Origin: an uncultured Chromatiaceae bacterium
GTDB lineage: Bacteria > Pseudomonadota > Gammaproteobacteria > Steroidobacterales > GCA-2729495
Assembly: GCA_964398325.1 (NCBI GenBank)
Contig: CAYNMF010000007.1
Coordinates: 1 to 24,000 of the forward strand
DNA length: 24,000 bases
Direction: 5' to 3'
Shown: positions 6,826 to 15,913 of the stretch, piece by piece
Layout: each line of letters opens with the position of its first letter
Numbering within the stretch: position 1 is the first letter of the stretch
The notes under the pieces: model-generated
Seen by the model: only the letters and a program-made list of their open reading frames with translations
What the model was told of the DNA's origin: nothing
The model's database searches: none
Position numbers and translations under genes: made by a program

Positions 6826-9033
6826 CTAGTAATAGTCAAGAATACCACGGTCTAGCCAGCGGTCGGCGGCACTGGTGTTGTTACCGAGGCCCTTGAGTTG
6901 GAGCTGAATGGCAAATGAAGTGTCGGACTCGCCGGTGCGGTTCGTCAAACTGCGGCGCAGGATGCCGCGAATCGACCAGCAGCAGGTGTCATACTCGATG
7001 CCGGCAAATCGTTCCAGTGCCTTTTGGTCGAGAATCGAATAATCGTAGCGCCCGACGACATGCCAGTGCCTGGTAATGGGCCAGGCGCCGGATACGTCGA
7101 TTTCCTCAAGCGAGTTATCGCGAAACCGGTATGATACGTTTGCCAGCTTTAAATCACTGGCACGATAATTCAAACGGGCTTCTGCTTTTTTCGATTTCTT
7201 TGAGTCGGTGTTGTACTGGTAGCCAAGCTGCATGCGCCAGTTTTTGTAGAACTTCATGCCGAATTCAAACAGGTAATCGGAGGTACTGCTGTCGCTTGGC
7301 AGGCTTTCCGGTAGTGTGACGTCAAGGTTATTGAGATACACGATCTGGCCGATGGTTGCGCTCATGAATTCATCACCGTCGTTCGCATCGATCAATCTTG
7401 TTGTTACGCCCAGGCTAAGTTGGTTCGTGTCGCCGAGTCGGTCATGGCCGACAAAACGGTTTTTCCTGAATAGCTGGACGACGTTGAGATCCGGTTCGAT
7501 CGTATCGAATACCGGCAGATCCGTTTGATTGTCAAATGGTATATATGTGTAGAGTATCCGCGGTTCAAGAGTTTGCAGCCAGCCGCGTTTGTGTGTCAGC
7601 CGTTCGAGGACCGTGTGTGCATCAACGCTGTATATGGGGACCGCACGGTTGGGACTTTTGTCCACGCCGGGTGCAGTATCGTCCAGTTGATAGCTCGTGT
7701 AATCAAAGGCAACTGCGGGTTTAAACTCAAAATGACGCCAATGCCGCGGCATCGAAATAGCCGGCTGGATATATTCACGTAAGCCCGTCACACCGACATG
7801 GTTATCAAAATATGCTATTTCCGTATTGAGCGTATATTCCAATCCGAGCCAGCCATGCGGGTCGTATCCGCGGACGGCCAGTTTCGGCACGGTTCGGTAG
7901 GGTAAGTCGATTTCGGCAATGGTATCGTCGATCGTCTGGTAATCCTCGAATCGTAACAGTGCAGACCAGTTGTCATTAAAAAATTCAAGTTCGGCGCGCC
8001 GCTGCAGATGCGTTTGACTGGTGCTGCCCAGTCCGGATGTCAGGTCTTCGAAATAAGCGGAGTCCGAAACTTGAATCCCGTTGAACCGTGCCTGCCAGTT
8101 ACGCGTGAAGTTTGTTTTATGTTGCAATGCGATCAGGGCGCGATGCTGGTTAGCAACGGAGTCTTCTGGCAAAAGCTCGCCGGTCAGGATGCCGTCATTT
8201 CGGTTCGTCAGGTAGCGAAATTCTGAAACCAGCTGGAATCCGCGTTTTGACATATAGCGGGGCGTAATTGTTGCATCGTACTGTGGTGCGATGTTCCAGT
8301 AATATGGAATTTCGAGGTCGACCCCGCGTTGCTGGCTTGAGCCAATCTTTGGAATCAGCCAGCCTGTTTTGCGCTCGTTTGTTACCGGATAAGAAATGTA
8401 AGGAAGATAGAGGAAAGGGATGCCCTTGAACTCAATCTGTGCATTTTTTGCGGTACCGATACCGAGTTTCTGGTCAATATGAATGGAGCTTGCCTTAAGC
8501 TTCCACCCATTATTGCCTTCAGGGCACGATGTGTAGCTGGTTTTCTTCAGATGCAGCTGGCCATTTTTATCGGCCTTGATGAACTTGCTTTTGCCGCGCG
8601 CGGGAATAGACCATAGCTCAAATTCTGCTCCATCGAAGCTGAGTTCCTGTGAGTTCTGATTCAGTTCAGCGTGGTCTGCACTTACCCGGGTTTGCGGGTC
8701 TCGAAACTCGACCTGACCCTCGACGGAGAACACGCTGCTTTCGCGGTCATATTTGGCATCCTGCGCGGTCAGCAACCGGTCTCCGCTGACCAGGGAGATG
8801 TTATCGCTGAAGAAGGCATCACCATTTAGCTTCAATTTGGCATTGCCGCTGAAAATCTCCAGCTTGTCTTCCGGCACATCGTTGGCCGGCAGCACCAGCG
8901 GCAGTGGAGCGGGGACCCGGCAAGTGCCCCAGTTTGGTGCATCGCTCTGGCCATCCGGCGAGCTTTCTTTGGCGGACACATTGCCCGACGCGACTGACAG
9001 GCACACAAGAAGGGGCAGTAAGAATTTTCGCAA
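6826..9033 (-). CDS. lptD: LPS-assembly outer-membrane protein LptD
   Basis: 735 aa with a signal peptide (MRKFLLPLLVCLSVASGNVSA), an OstA-like N-domain and a long beta-barrel region. Cysteines sit at LptD-typical positions (WGTCRVP, YTSCPEG, YDTCCWS). TTG start and no obvious SD. Synteny with surA supports the call. Confidence 0.93.
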   Translation of the reverse strand: MRKFLLPLLVCLSVASGNVSAKESSPDGQSDAPNWGTCRVPAPLPLVLPANDVPEDKLEIFSGNAKLKLNGDAFFSDNISLVSGDRLLTAQDAKYDRESSVFSVEGQVEFRDPQTRVSADHAELNQNSQELSFDGAEFELWSIPARGKSKFIKADKNGQLHLKKTSYTSCPEGNNGWKLKASSIHIDQKLGIGTAKNAQIEFKGIPFLYLPYISYPVTNERKTGWLIPKIGSSQQRGVDLEIPYYWNIAPQYDATITPRYMSKRGFQLVSEFRYLTNRNDGILTGELLPEDSVANQHRALIALQHKTNFTRNWQARFNGIQVSDSAYFEDLTSGLGSTSQTHLQRRAELEFFNDNWSALLRFEDYQTIDDTIAEIDLPYRTVPKLAVRGYDPHGWLGLEYTLNTEIAYFDNHVGVTGLREYIQPAISMPRHWRHFEFKPAVAFDYTSYQLDDTAPGVDKSPNRAVPIYSVDAHTVLERLTHKRGWLQTLEPRILYTYIPFDNQTDLPVFDTIEPDLNVVQLFRKNRFVGHDRLGDTNQLSLGVTTRLIDANDGDEFMSATIGQIVYLNNLDVTLPESLPSDSSTSDYLFEFGMKFYKNWRMQLGYQYNTDSKKSKKAEARLNYRASDLKLANVSYRFRDNSLEEIDVSGAWPITRHWHVVGRYDYSILDQKALERFAGIEYDTCCWSIRGILRRSLTNRTGESDTSFAIQLQLKGLGNNTSAADRWLDRGILDYY

Positions 9034-9179
9034 CTGGGTTTACCGGACACGCGAGGGCGCAAGAAGCGGTGATTATAGGAAAAATGTCGGCAGAATAATT
9101 TTTTTAACCAATATTTTGCATATTTTGTTTTCGTTGGGTGTGGATTCCATTACGGAAGATTTTCCTTACACTACGGAGG
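9034..9179. promoter_or_regulatory. AT-rich divergent intergenic region (presumed lptD and murU promoters)
   Basis: 146 bp between divergently oriented starts, visibly AT-rich. It contains the direct repeat ATATTTTG-C-ATATTTTG (9111-9127). I could not assign convincing -35/-10 hexamers. Confidence 0.35.
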
Positions 9180-9842
9180 ATGAAAGCGATGATTCTTGCT
9201 GCCGGCCGGGGCCAACGCATGCGTCCTCTTACTGATGAGGTACCCAAGCCTCTGCTGCCGGTTCACGGCAAGCCGCTGATCGAGTATCACATTGAGGCAC
9301 TTGTACGTGGCGGGATTCGCGATATCGTCATCAATCTGGCCTGGCGGGGTGGTCAAATACGTGATTGGATCGGTGATGGAGCAAGATATGGTATTAATAT
9401 AACATATAGCGACGAAGGGGCCGGGGCACTTGAAACCGGGGGCGGTATTTTCCGTGCTTTGCCGCTGCTCGGCGATGCGCCGTTCTGGCTCATCAATGGT
9501 GATATTTTCAGTGCTTATGACTACAGCGTGCGGGGCCTGTCTGACGGGATGCTCGGCCATCTCGTCATGGTAGCGAATCCGCGGCACAACATGGCCGGCG
9601 ATTTTTCGCTGGTGGCCGGTAAGGTAACCCGGCGAGCCACGCGGACGCTGACTTATTCAGGGATGGCTGTGCTGAATCCGGGCTTATTTGCCGGTGCCGC
9701 AGACGGTAAATTTCCACTTGCACCGTTACTGGATGCGGCGATTGAGCGTGGAGCGTTGTCGGGCGAGTGCTTTGAAGGGCGCTGGGTTGATGTGGGGACT
9801 CCGGAGCGGCTGGCTGATTTAGAGCAGCTGTTACAGGGGTAG
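9180..9842 (+). CDS. murU: Nucleotidyltransferase, MurU-like (N-acetylmuramate alpha-1-phosphate uridylyltransferase)
   Basis: The N-terminus [28 protein letters not shown] and the downstream [25 protein letters not shown] and [12 protein letters not shown] match Pseudomonas MurU along the length. The location beside lptD also matches Pseudomonas. GGAGG at 9175-9179 fits the second in-frame ATG at 9189 better, so the start is either 9180 or 9189. Confidence 0.85.
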   Translation: MKAMILAAGRGQRMRPLTDEVPKPLLPVHGKPLIEYHIEALVRGGIRDIVINLAWRGGQIRDWIGDGARYGINITYSDEGAGALETGGGIFRALPLLGDAPFWLINGDIFSAYDYSVRGLSDGMLGHLVMVANPRHNMAGDFSLVAGKVTRRATRTLTYSGMAVLNPGLFAGAADGKFPLAPLLDAAIERGALSGECFEGRWVDVGTPERLADLEQLLQG

Positions 9843-9876
9843 AAGTGATGTTGGGCCTGTTCTGTCAGGAGCATTG

Positions 9877-9897
9877 AAAAAACCACGAATCGTGGCC
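9877..9897 (-). terminator. Candidate Rho-independent terminator downstream of lipB
   Basis: The minus strand reads GGCCACG-ATT-CGTGGTT followed by TTTT. That is 5 GC-rich pairs, possibly 2 G-U pairs, and a T tract. It lies in the 65-nt convergent gap between murU and lipB. The stem is short, so support is only moderate. Confidence 0.4.
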
Positions 9898-9907
9898 GAA
9901 ACTGTTC

Positions 9908-10519
9908 CTACTTTTCTGAAGCCACCAATTGCTGTAACCGAACACCAAGATCATCGGCAACCAGGTTCAGGTCGGCAGGGCCGCCGAGGGAGGCCAGTTG
10001 CGTCATCTGCAGGTCTTTGAACCCGCATGGGTTGATTCTCGCGAAGGGTGAAAGGTCCATATCAATGTTCAGCGCGAGGCCGTGGTAGCTGCAGCCGCGG
10101 CGGACCCGCAGTCCGATGCTTGCGAGCTTCGCTTCACCGACATACACGCCGGGGGCGTCGCGCCGGTTGCGTGCCTCGATGCCGTATTCGGCCACGGTAT
10201 CGATGACAGCATTTTCCAATGTCGATACGAGATCTCGGATCGTCAAGTTGGCTCGTTTGAGATCGACCAGTGTATAAGCGACAAGTTGACCCGGGCCATG
10301 GTAGGTGACCTGTCCGCCGCGATCGACCTGAACGACGGGGATGTCGCCGGGCGCCAGCACGTGGCTGCGATCTGCGGCCAGCCCCAGCGTGAAGATCGGT
10401 GTATGTTCTAGGAGCCATATTTCATCAGGGGTATCGGGTGTTCGGTGATCCGTAAATTCGGTCATTGAAGCCAGGGTTGATTGGTAGTTGACCAGGCCGA
10501 GTTTTTGTATGTGGGGCAT
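9908..10519 (-). CDS. lipB: Octanoyltransferase (lipoyl(octanoyl) transferase)
   Basis: 203 aa with LipB motifs: PIFTLG, VDRGGQVTYHGPGQLVAY and KLASIGLRVRRGCSYHGLALN. ybeD-lipB are adjacent as in E. coli. Confidence 0.95.
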   Translation of the reverse strand: MPHIQKLGLVNYQSTLASMTEFTDHRTPDTPDEIWLLEHTPIFTLGLAADRSHVLAPGDIPVVQVDRGGQVTYHGPGQLVAYTLVDLKRANLTIRDLVSTLENAVIDTVAEYGIEARNRRDAPGVYVGEAKLASIGLRVRRGCSYHGLALNIDMDLSPFARINPCGFKDLQMTQLASLGGPADLNLVADDLGVRLQQLVASEK

Positions 10520-10520
10520 G

Positions 10521-10787
10521 TCACAAAACGTACAGAATTTGCTCGCTGGCTGTCAGGTTCCGATAGATGCGATCGAGGTGTTCCTGATCGCGTGCATCGA
10601 CGGTGACTGTAACGGACAGATAGTTGCCGTTTTTACTGGGCCGGACAGAAATATCGTCGGCGTCGATGTCATCGACATGTGCACTGACGATCTGCAGCAC
10701 ATGTGCCTCGAATTCTGACTGATCGCGGCCCATGATCTTGATCGGAAACCGGCATGGAAATTCGATCAGGCTTTCCCGATCAGTCAT
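10521..10787 (-). CDS. ybeD: YbeD-family (DUF493) protein
   Basis: 88 aa from the internal ATG at 10787 (MTDRESLIEFPCRFPIKIMGRD...SKNGNYLSVTVTV...ILYVL), collinear with E. coli YbeD. The longer ORF to 10874 would run deep into dat. The chosen start overlaps the dat stop by 8 nt. Confidence 0.88.
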   Translation of the reverse strand: MTDRESLIEFPCRFPIKIMGRDQSEFEAHVLQIVSAHVDDIDADDISVRPSKNGNYLSVTVTVDARDQEHLDRIYRNLTASEQILYVL

Positions 10788-11625
10788 CTGGCCACGCCTC
10801 ATATAAACTTCGCACGGCGGCCCAGACCGGGCCCGGCTGTCCGTCACCGATGGTCTGCCCATCGATGCGCACAACGGGCGCGATGTCTTTTGACGCGCTG
10901 GTCAGCCAGACTTCGTCAGCGGCCAGCAGACGCTCGATCGTCACACGTTCTTCATGGCATGCATAGCCTGCATTCAGGGCAATCATGATGACCTGATCCG
11001 TCGTGGTGCCGGGCAGCACTTCTGTGCCGTGCGGTCTGCGTACGAGAATCCGGTTCTCCACGATGATGACCGAACTGACGGCGCCTTCAGTAACGTAACC
11101 ATCGTCAATCAGGATCGCATCGGTCGCCCCGGCCTCGGCCGCTTTTTGCTGGGCAAGAATGTTGGGAAGCAATGCTGTCGACTTGATATCGCAGCGGCCC
11201 CAGCGTTCGTCCGGCAGCGTAATTGCCCGGATGCCTTCAGTGTAGTTGGTTTTGTTTAGTTCCGTAGCCATTGCAAACACGGTCGGTCGGATGTCTCGCG
11301 AATACACATGATTTCGACCGGAATCTGCGCCGCGGCTGATCTGCAGGTAGATGGCCATCGTGCCGCCGCCATTTTTTTCGATAAGCGCCATGATCAGGGC
11401 GCGCCACTCGGGATCGCTTTGCGGGTTGTGAATGTTGATCGCACTTAGGCTGCGTTCGAGCCGTTCTATGTGCGCATCGAGCAGCAGCGGTGTGCCATGG
11501 AGTACCGGTACGACTTCGTAGACGGCATCACCAAACAGAAAACCGCGATCCAGCGGTGAAATTCGTGCTTCGGCCAGCGGCAGAAATTTACCGTTCAGGC
11601 TGGCAATTGCGAGTGGTTGAGCCAC
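10780..11625 (-). CDS. dat: D-amino-acid (D-alanine) transaminase, class IV aminotransferase
   Basis: 281 aa with Dat-like motifs: DRGFLFGDAVYEV, YLQISRG, and RWGRCDIKSTALLPN containing the PLP lysine. The last motif compares with Bacillus Dat RWLRCDIKSLNLL. The GTG start abuts the dacA stop. Confidence 0.85.
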   Translation of the reverse strand: MAQPLAIASLNGKFLPLAEARISPLDRGFLFGDAVYEVVPVLHGTPLLLDAHIERLERSLSAINIHNPQSDPEWRALIMALIEKNGGGTMAIYLQISRGADSGRNHVYSRDIRPTVFAMATELNKTNYTEGIRAITLPDERWGRCDIKSTALLPNILAQQKAAEAGATDAILIDDGYVTEGAVSSVIIVENRILVRRPHGTEVLPGTTTDQVIMIALNAGYACHEERVTIERLLAADEVWLTSASKDIAPVVRIDGQTIGDGQPGPVWAAVRSLYEAWPDD

Positions 11626-12768
11626 TTATTCGAACCAGAGCAGTACCGAATCTTTCGCAACCTGCCACAGTGTCCCTTCGTCGACCGGAGCCAGGGAGAA
11701 CAGGTTTGCTTCGGCCACGGTCTGACTGTTGAGGTTCACACGTACTGTGCCGAGCCGGGTTGAGCGGTCGACGGGTGCGACGAGCTGAGAAGGTAAGTCC
11801 ACCTTGGCCTCGAGCTGTGCATAGCTGCCGCGCGGGATGGTGACATACAAATCTCGCTTAAGTCCGACGCTGGTTGTTTCGCTATTGCCTTTCCAGACCC
11901 GTGCCTCGGTTACAGAATCGCCGGCCGGATAGAGCAGTCGGGTCTCGTAGAAGCGAAATCCGTAATTCAGCAGTGCCTGCGAGTCCTTGGCGCGGGCAGA
12001 CGGGCTTTTCGTGCCCAGTACAACACTGATCAGACGCATGTTATCGCGTTGCGCCGATGACACGAGGCAATAACCGGCGGCGTCAGTCATACCGGTCTTC
12101 AGTCCGTCAACGCTCGGGTCACGCCAGAGCAGAGCATTGCGATTTTTTTGCGTGATTTTGTTGTAGGAAAATTCTTTCTGCGAATACCATTTGTAGTATT
12201 CGGGGAATTCGTCGATCAGCGCCGTCGTAAGCCGGGCAATATCGGATGCCGAAGTGAAGTGTTCCTTAGTGGGTAAGCCGGTTGCGTTCCGGTACTGGGT
12301 ATTGAGCATACCGAGCTCGGTCGCATATTGATTCATTATCTGCGCGAATACTGATTCGCTGCCAGCGATGTATTCGGCCAGTGCAACGCTGGCATCGTTA
12401 CCCGATTCGACGATCATGCCCTGGAGTAGTTCTTCGACCGATACTCGCGTGCCGACTTCGATGAACATTCTAGAACCAGCCGTGCGCCAGGCTTTTTCGC
12501 TGATCATCACCTGGTCATCCAGTGAGATTTGTCCGGATTTCAGCGCCTTGAATACGACATAGGCCGTCATCAATTTCGTGATACTGGCCGGATCCATACG
12601 CTCATTTTCGTTTTTGGCGGCGAGAACACGGCCGCTGCTGTGATCGAGCAGAATATAACCGCGCGCCCCGATTTCCGGCCACGACGGCACCGGGACCTGC
12701 GCCTGTGCCAGGCCAGCGAACCACAAAACGCAGGTGCCCAAAAACACCGTGTTGCGGAGTTTAATCAT
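11626..12768 (-). CDS. dacA: D-alanyl-D-alanine carboxypeptidase (PBP5/6 family)
   Basis: Start at ATG 12768 (MIKLRNTVFLGTCVLWFAGLAQAQ signal peptide) with AGGAG 7 nt upstream. It has the SxxK (ASITKLM), SxN (ESGNDA) and KTG (GLKTGMT) motifs and a PBP5 C-terminal domain. Confidence 0.93.
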   Translation of the reverse strand: MIKLRNTVFLGTCVLWFAGLAQAQVPVPSWPEIGARGYILLDHSSGRVLAAKNENERMDPASITKLMTAYVVFKALKSGQISLDDQVMISEKAWRTAGSRMFIEVGTRVSVEELLQGMIVESGNDASVALAEYIAGSESVFAQIMNQYATELGMLNTQYRNATGLPTKEHFTSASDIARLTTALIDEFPEYYKWYSQKEFSYNKITQKNRNALLWRDPSVDGLKTGMTDAAGYCLVSSAQRDNMRLISVVLGTKSPSARAKDSQALLNYGFRFYETRLLYPAGDSVTEARVWKGNSETTSVGLKRDLYVTIPRGSYAQLEAKVDLPSQLVAPVDRSTRLGTVRVNLNSQTVAEANLFSLAPVDEGTLWQVAKDSVLLWFE

Positions 12769-12846
12769 TTCGAACTCCTGACGGAAAACTCTGTTTGATA
12801 CACAATAACCACCGCCAATCATATAACGGTTGGTCGGTAATAGGCA

Positions 12847-13734
12847 TCAGGTGCCTGATGTATTTGCGGATTCGCTGACCAGATGCATGTCCATGATCCG
12901 GAGTGTCGCCATCTTCTCGACGAGGGCATCGTATTCGGCGACATTGGTTATCGGACCGAGCCGCACCCGGAACATCGAGGGCACGCGGGCTGTGTCCGAG
13001 TGGATAACGGCATTCGAAAAGCCGCTGCCGTGCAATCGTTCGAGTAATTGTTGCGCATTGGCCTGCTCGCCGAATGCACCGACCTGTAGAAACAGGTTGT
13101 CGGCCTCCGTTTCTGACGTTTGCAGATCATACGATTTGGTGTCAGACACCGTGACTATGCTGGCAGTGGTAGTTGCAGGGTTTGTCATCACCTCGATTTC
13201 GACGAGTGCCGTGCCTTCCCTGATCATGTCGAGCTCAGTTGCTGCAGCGTATGACAGGTCGATAATTCGATTATCGACAAAGGGGCCGCGGTCGTTGACC
13301 TTGACAATAACGCTGCGGCCATTTTTCAGATTGCGAACGCGGACCCTTGTTGGAAGCGGCAGCGTCTTGTGTGCAGCCGTCATCGCGTGCATATCGTAGA
13401 CATCACCGTTTGATGTCAGTCGACCGTGAAATTTCTTGCCATACCACGATGCGACGCCTCGCTCCCTGAATCCCTGGCTGCTGGCCAGGACGTAATAGCG
13501 TTGGCCAAATACTTCATAGAATGGTGGATTTCCGCGAGAATTGCGTTTTGTAGTTTCCCCGACAGTTTGTTGTGACGGCGGGCTGGCAGACTCTTCCCAC
13601 CTGACGGCGTGCTGACAGCTGCTCACCGTCAACCAGGCGCAAATGAGCGGAATGATAGACAGTCCGCGGACCGGCAACACGGGGCGTGTCAGGCGTATTT
13701 GATTGTCTATCTGGTCGGTCATACAGGTATGCAC
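12847..13734 (-). CDS. rlpA: Septal ring lytic transglycosylase RlpA (lipoprotein with DPBB and SPOR domains)
   Basis: Lipobox LTVSSC; DPBB core GVASWYGKKFHGRLTSNGDVYD...TAAHKTLPLPTRVRVRNLKNGRSVIVKVNDRGPF; C-terminal SPOR-like FLQVGAF...FRVRLGP. The start is ATG 13734 or 13722. Confidence 0.9.
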   Translation of the reverse strand: MHTCMTDQIDNQIRLTRPVLPVRGLSIIPLICAWLTVSSCQHAVRWEESASPPSQQTVGETTKRNSRGNPPFYEVFGQRYYVLASSQGFRERGVASWYGKKFHGRLTSNGDVYDMHAMTAAHKTLPLPTRVRVRNLKNGRSVIVKVNDRGPFVDNRIIDLSYAAATELDMIREGTALVEIEVMTNPATTTASIVTVSDTKSYDLQTSETEADNLFLQVGAFGEQANAQQLLERLHGSGFSNAVIHSDTARVPSMFRVRLGPITNVAEYDALVEKMATLRIMDMHLVSESANTSGT

Positions 13735-13739
13735 ATTGG

Positions 13740-14786
13740 TCAGGGCAGGTCTCGATCGGCACTATCGGTACTGTTATCGGCGGTTTGTGCGGTCAGCAAT
13801 GCATCGGATAGCTGAAACACAGCCAGCGCATACATGGCACTCCGATTGTAGCGGGTGATCACATAAAAGTTGTGAAATCCGACCCAATATTCAGGACCGG
13901 CTATTCCTTCCAGGCTGATCAGTTGGGCCGGTGTATCGGCAACCAGGTCCGTTTCGAAATGTATGCCACGCTTTTTTAGCGACGCGACGGTTTCGGCCAG
14001 CTTCAGTGAGTTTTTCCCGGTAGCTACGGAGAAGTTTTTTTCCGATGTGCCGTGTACGGCGATCGGTTCCCCGGTGTGCCAGCCATTTTTGACGAAGTAA
14101 TTCGCAACACTCATCAGGATGTCGTCCCAATTATTGAGCAGGTCGCGACGCCCGTCGCCGTCGCCGTCTACGGCATAGGCCCGATAACTGCTCGGGATAA
14201 ACTGGGGTGGGCCCATTGCGCCGGCATAAGAGCCGACGAGGTCTGGCAGTTCGAGACGTTCTTCGCGAGCAAGCATGAACAGCTCTTCGAGCTGACCGCG
14301 AAAAAATTTCGCGCGGGGTGGGTAGTCAAAACCCAGCGTGGCCAGCGCGTCGATAACCCGATAGCTACCGGTCAGGCGTCCGTAGAAGGTTTCGACACCG
14401 ATAATTGCGGCGATCATTTCGGCTGGTACGCCGGTTTGTGCGGCCACACGTTCCAGTCTGTCGGCATGTTCGTTCATGAAAGCCGCGCCGGCAGCGATTC
14501 TCTTGGGGGTGATGAAAATCTTGCGGTATTCATGCCAGGGACGGGTTCGTTCCGCCGGCCGGCTGATCGCATCAAGAATTTTCTGCTTGGTTTCCGATTG
14601 AGTCAGCATTGACCGAACATAGTCTTTGTCAAAGCCGTGTTGTTTCGCGAGTACGTCTATGAAGGTCCTGACGTCATCGCGGCTTGCATCAAGTGCGAGC
14701 GACACCCCGGGCAAAGCACCGACGATTGTGGCCAATAAGGCTGCCAGGAGGTAATGATGAGGCTGATTCAAACGATTCCGTGTCAT
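13740..14786 (-). CDS. mltB: Lytic murein transglycosylase B
   Basis: 348 aa with a signal sequence and MltB/SltB motifs (AIIGVETFYGR, GAMGPPQFIPSSY, DGDGRRDL). The ATG overlaps the rodA stop (ATGA). Confidence 0.92.
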   Translation of the reverse strand: MTRNRLNQPHHYLLAALLATIVGALPGVSLALDASRDDVRTFIDVLAKQHGFDKDYVRSMLTQSETKQKILDAISRPAERTRPWHEYRKIFITPKRIAAGAAFMNEHADRLERVAAQTGVPAEMIAAIIGVETFYGRLTGSYRVIDALATLGFDYPPRAKFFRGQLEELFMLAREERLELPDLVGSYAGAMGPPQFIPSSYRAYAVDGDGDGRRDLLNNWDDILMSVANYFVKNGWHTGEPIAVHGTSEKNFSVATGKNSLKLAETVASLKKRGIHFETDLVADTPAQLISLEGIAGPEYWVGFHNFYVITRYNRSAMYALAVFQLSDALLTAQTADNSTDSADRDLP

Positions 14787-15913
14787 CTGGCCAGTAGCTT
14801 CCGATGCGTATGTATGGACATCAGAATACCGAAACCAGCCAGCAGGGTCACCATTGACGTTCCTCCGGCACTGACAAGCGGCAATGGTACGCCGACCACC
14901 GGTAACAGTCCGGTGACCATAGATGTGTTTACGAATACGTAGAAGAAAAATGTCAGGCTGATGCTGCCGGCGAGCAGGCGCGAGAAGGTGTCCTGTGCGG
15001 TGGTCGCAATGAATAATCCGCGGCCGACGATGAACAGATAAATCAACAGGATGACAAGTGCGCCCATCAGGCCGAATTCCTCACCGATGACCGCGAATAT
15101 AAAATCAGTCGAACGTTCGGGCAGAAATTCGAGCTGTCCCTGGCTGCCATTCAGCCATCCTTTGCCAAACAATCCGCCGGAGCCAATGGCGATTTTGGAT
15201 TGAATAATATGATAGCCGGCACCGAGTGGATCGTTGTCGGGATTCAGCAAGGTCAGTACCCTGTTCTTTTGATAGTCGTGCATGACGAAATACCACAGTA
15301 GCGGCATTGAAACCAGGGCTGTTGTGATTGCGCCGACGATATATCGGGCACCGATTCCGGCGAGGAAAATCACAGTTGCGCCCGAAAGTACAATCAGGAT
15401 GGCCGTGCCGAGATCCGGTTGTATCGCAATCAGACCCACGGGTACGAAAATAATGATGAGGCTGACGGTGATCATGCTCAGCGATGGCGGCAGTGGTCGA
15501 TCATGCAGTACCCATGCCAGCATCATGGGCAGTCCGAGTTTCATGATTTCCGAGGGTTGAAATCTGACGCCGAGATCAAGCCAGCGTTGTGCGCCCTTAC
15601 CGACATCGCCGGTCGTAAGAACCAGCACGAGCAGAAACAACCCGATGCCGAATATCCAGGGCGCGGCACGGCGCAGCCAGCCGGGACTGACCTGTGCCAT
15701 GATCAGCATTGCAGTGAGCGCGGCGCCGATCCGTATTAACTGGCCGACGAGCAGAGCGGCATCTTGACCGACTGCGCTGTACAGGGCTGCGAGGCCGATT
15801 GAGAGTATGCAGAGGACGCCGGCCAGCAGTGTGCCGTCGAGGTGCAGGCTGCGAAGCATGAATGCCATCGCACCCAGCGGTTGATGGCGCCGGTCGGATA
15901 TGAGTGTCGTCAC
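14783..15913 (-). CDS. rodA: Peptidoglycan glycosyltransferase RodA (SEDS family)
   Basis: 376 aa polytopic membrane protein with RodA motifs (QPSEIMKL, PDLGTA, GEEFGLMG, VGVPLPLVSAGGTSM). The GTG start overlaps the mrdA stop (GTGA). Confidence 0.95.
   Translation of the reverse strand: MTTLISDRRHQPLGAMAFMLRSLHLDGTLLAGVLCILSIGLAALYSAVGQDAALLVGQLIRIGAALTAMLIMAQVSPGWLRRAAPWIFGIGLFLLVLVLTTGDVGKGAQRWLDLGVRFQPSEIMKLGLPMMLAWVLHDRPLPPSLSMITVSLIIIFVPVGLIAIQPDLGTAILIVLSGATVIFLAGIGARYIVGAITTALVSMPLLWYFVMHDYQKNRVLTLLNPDNDPLGAGYHIIQSKIAIGSGGLFGKGWLNGSQGQLEFLPERSTDFIFAVIGEEFGLMGALVILLIYLFIVGRGLFIATTAQDTFSRLLAGSISLTFFFYVFVNTSMVTGLLPVVGVPLPLVSAGGTSMVTLLAGFGILMSIHTHRKLLAR

Noticed and set aside
8753-9235. 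160-aa plus-strand ORF running from inside lptD across the intergenic region into murU
   Set aside because: It overlaps the lptD signal-peptide region in antisense and is out of frame with murU. It has no coding-like features.
12830-13399. 189-aa plus-strand ORF opposite rlpA
   Set aside because: It is antisense to a CDS with clear DPBB and SPOR motifs. Its translation has no motif and is Ser/Thr/Arg-rich. I treat it as a shadow ORF.
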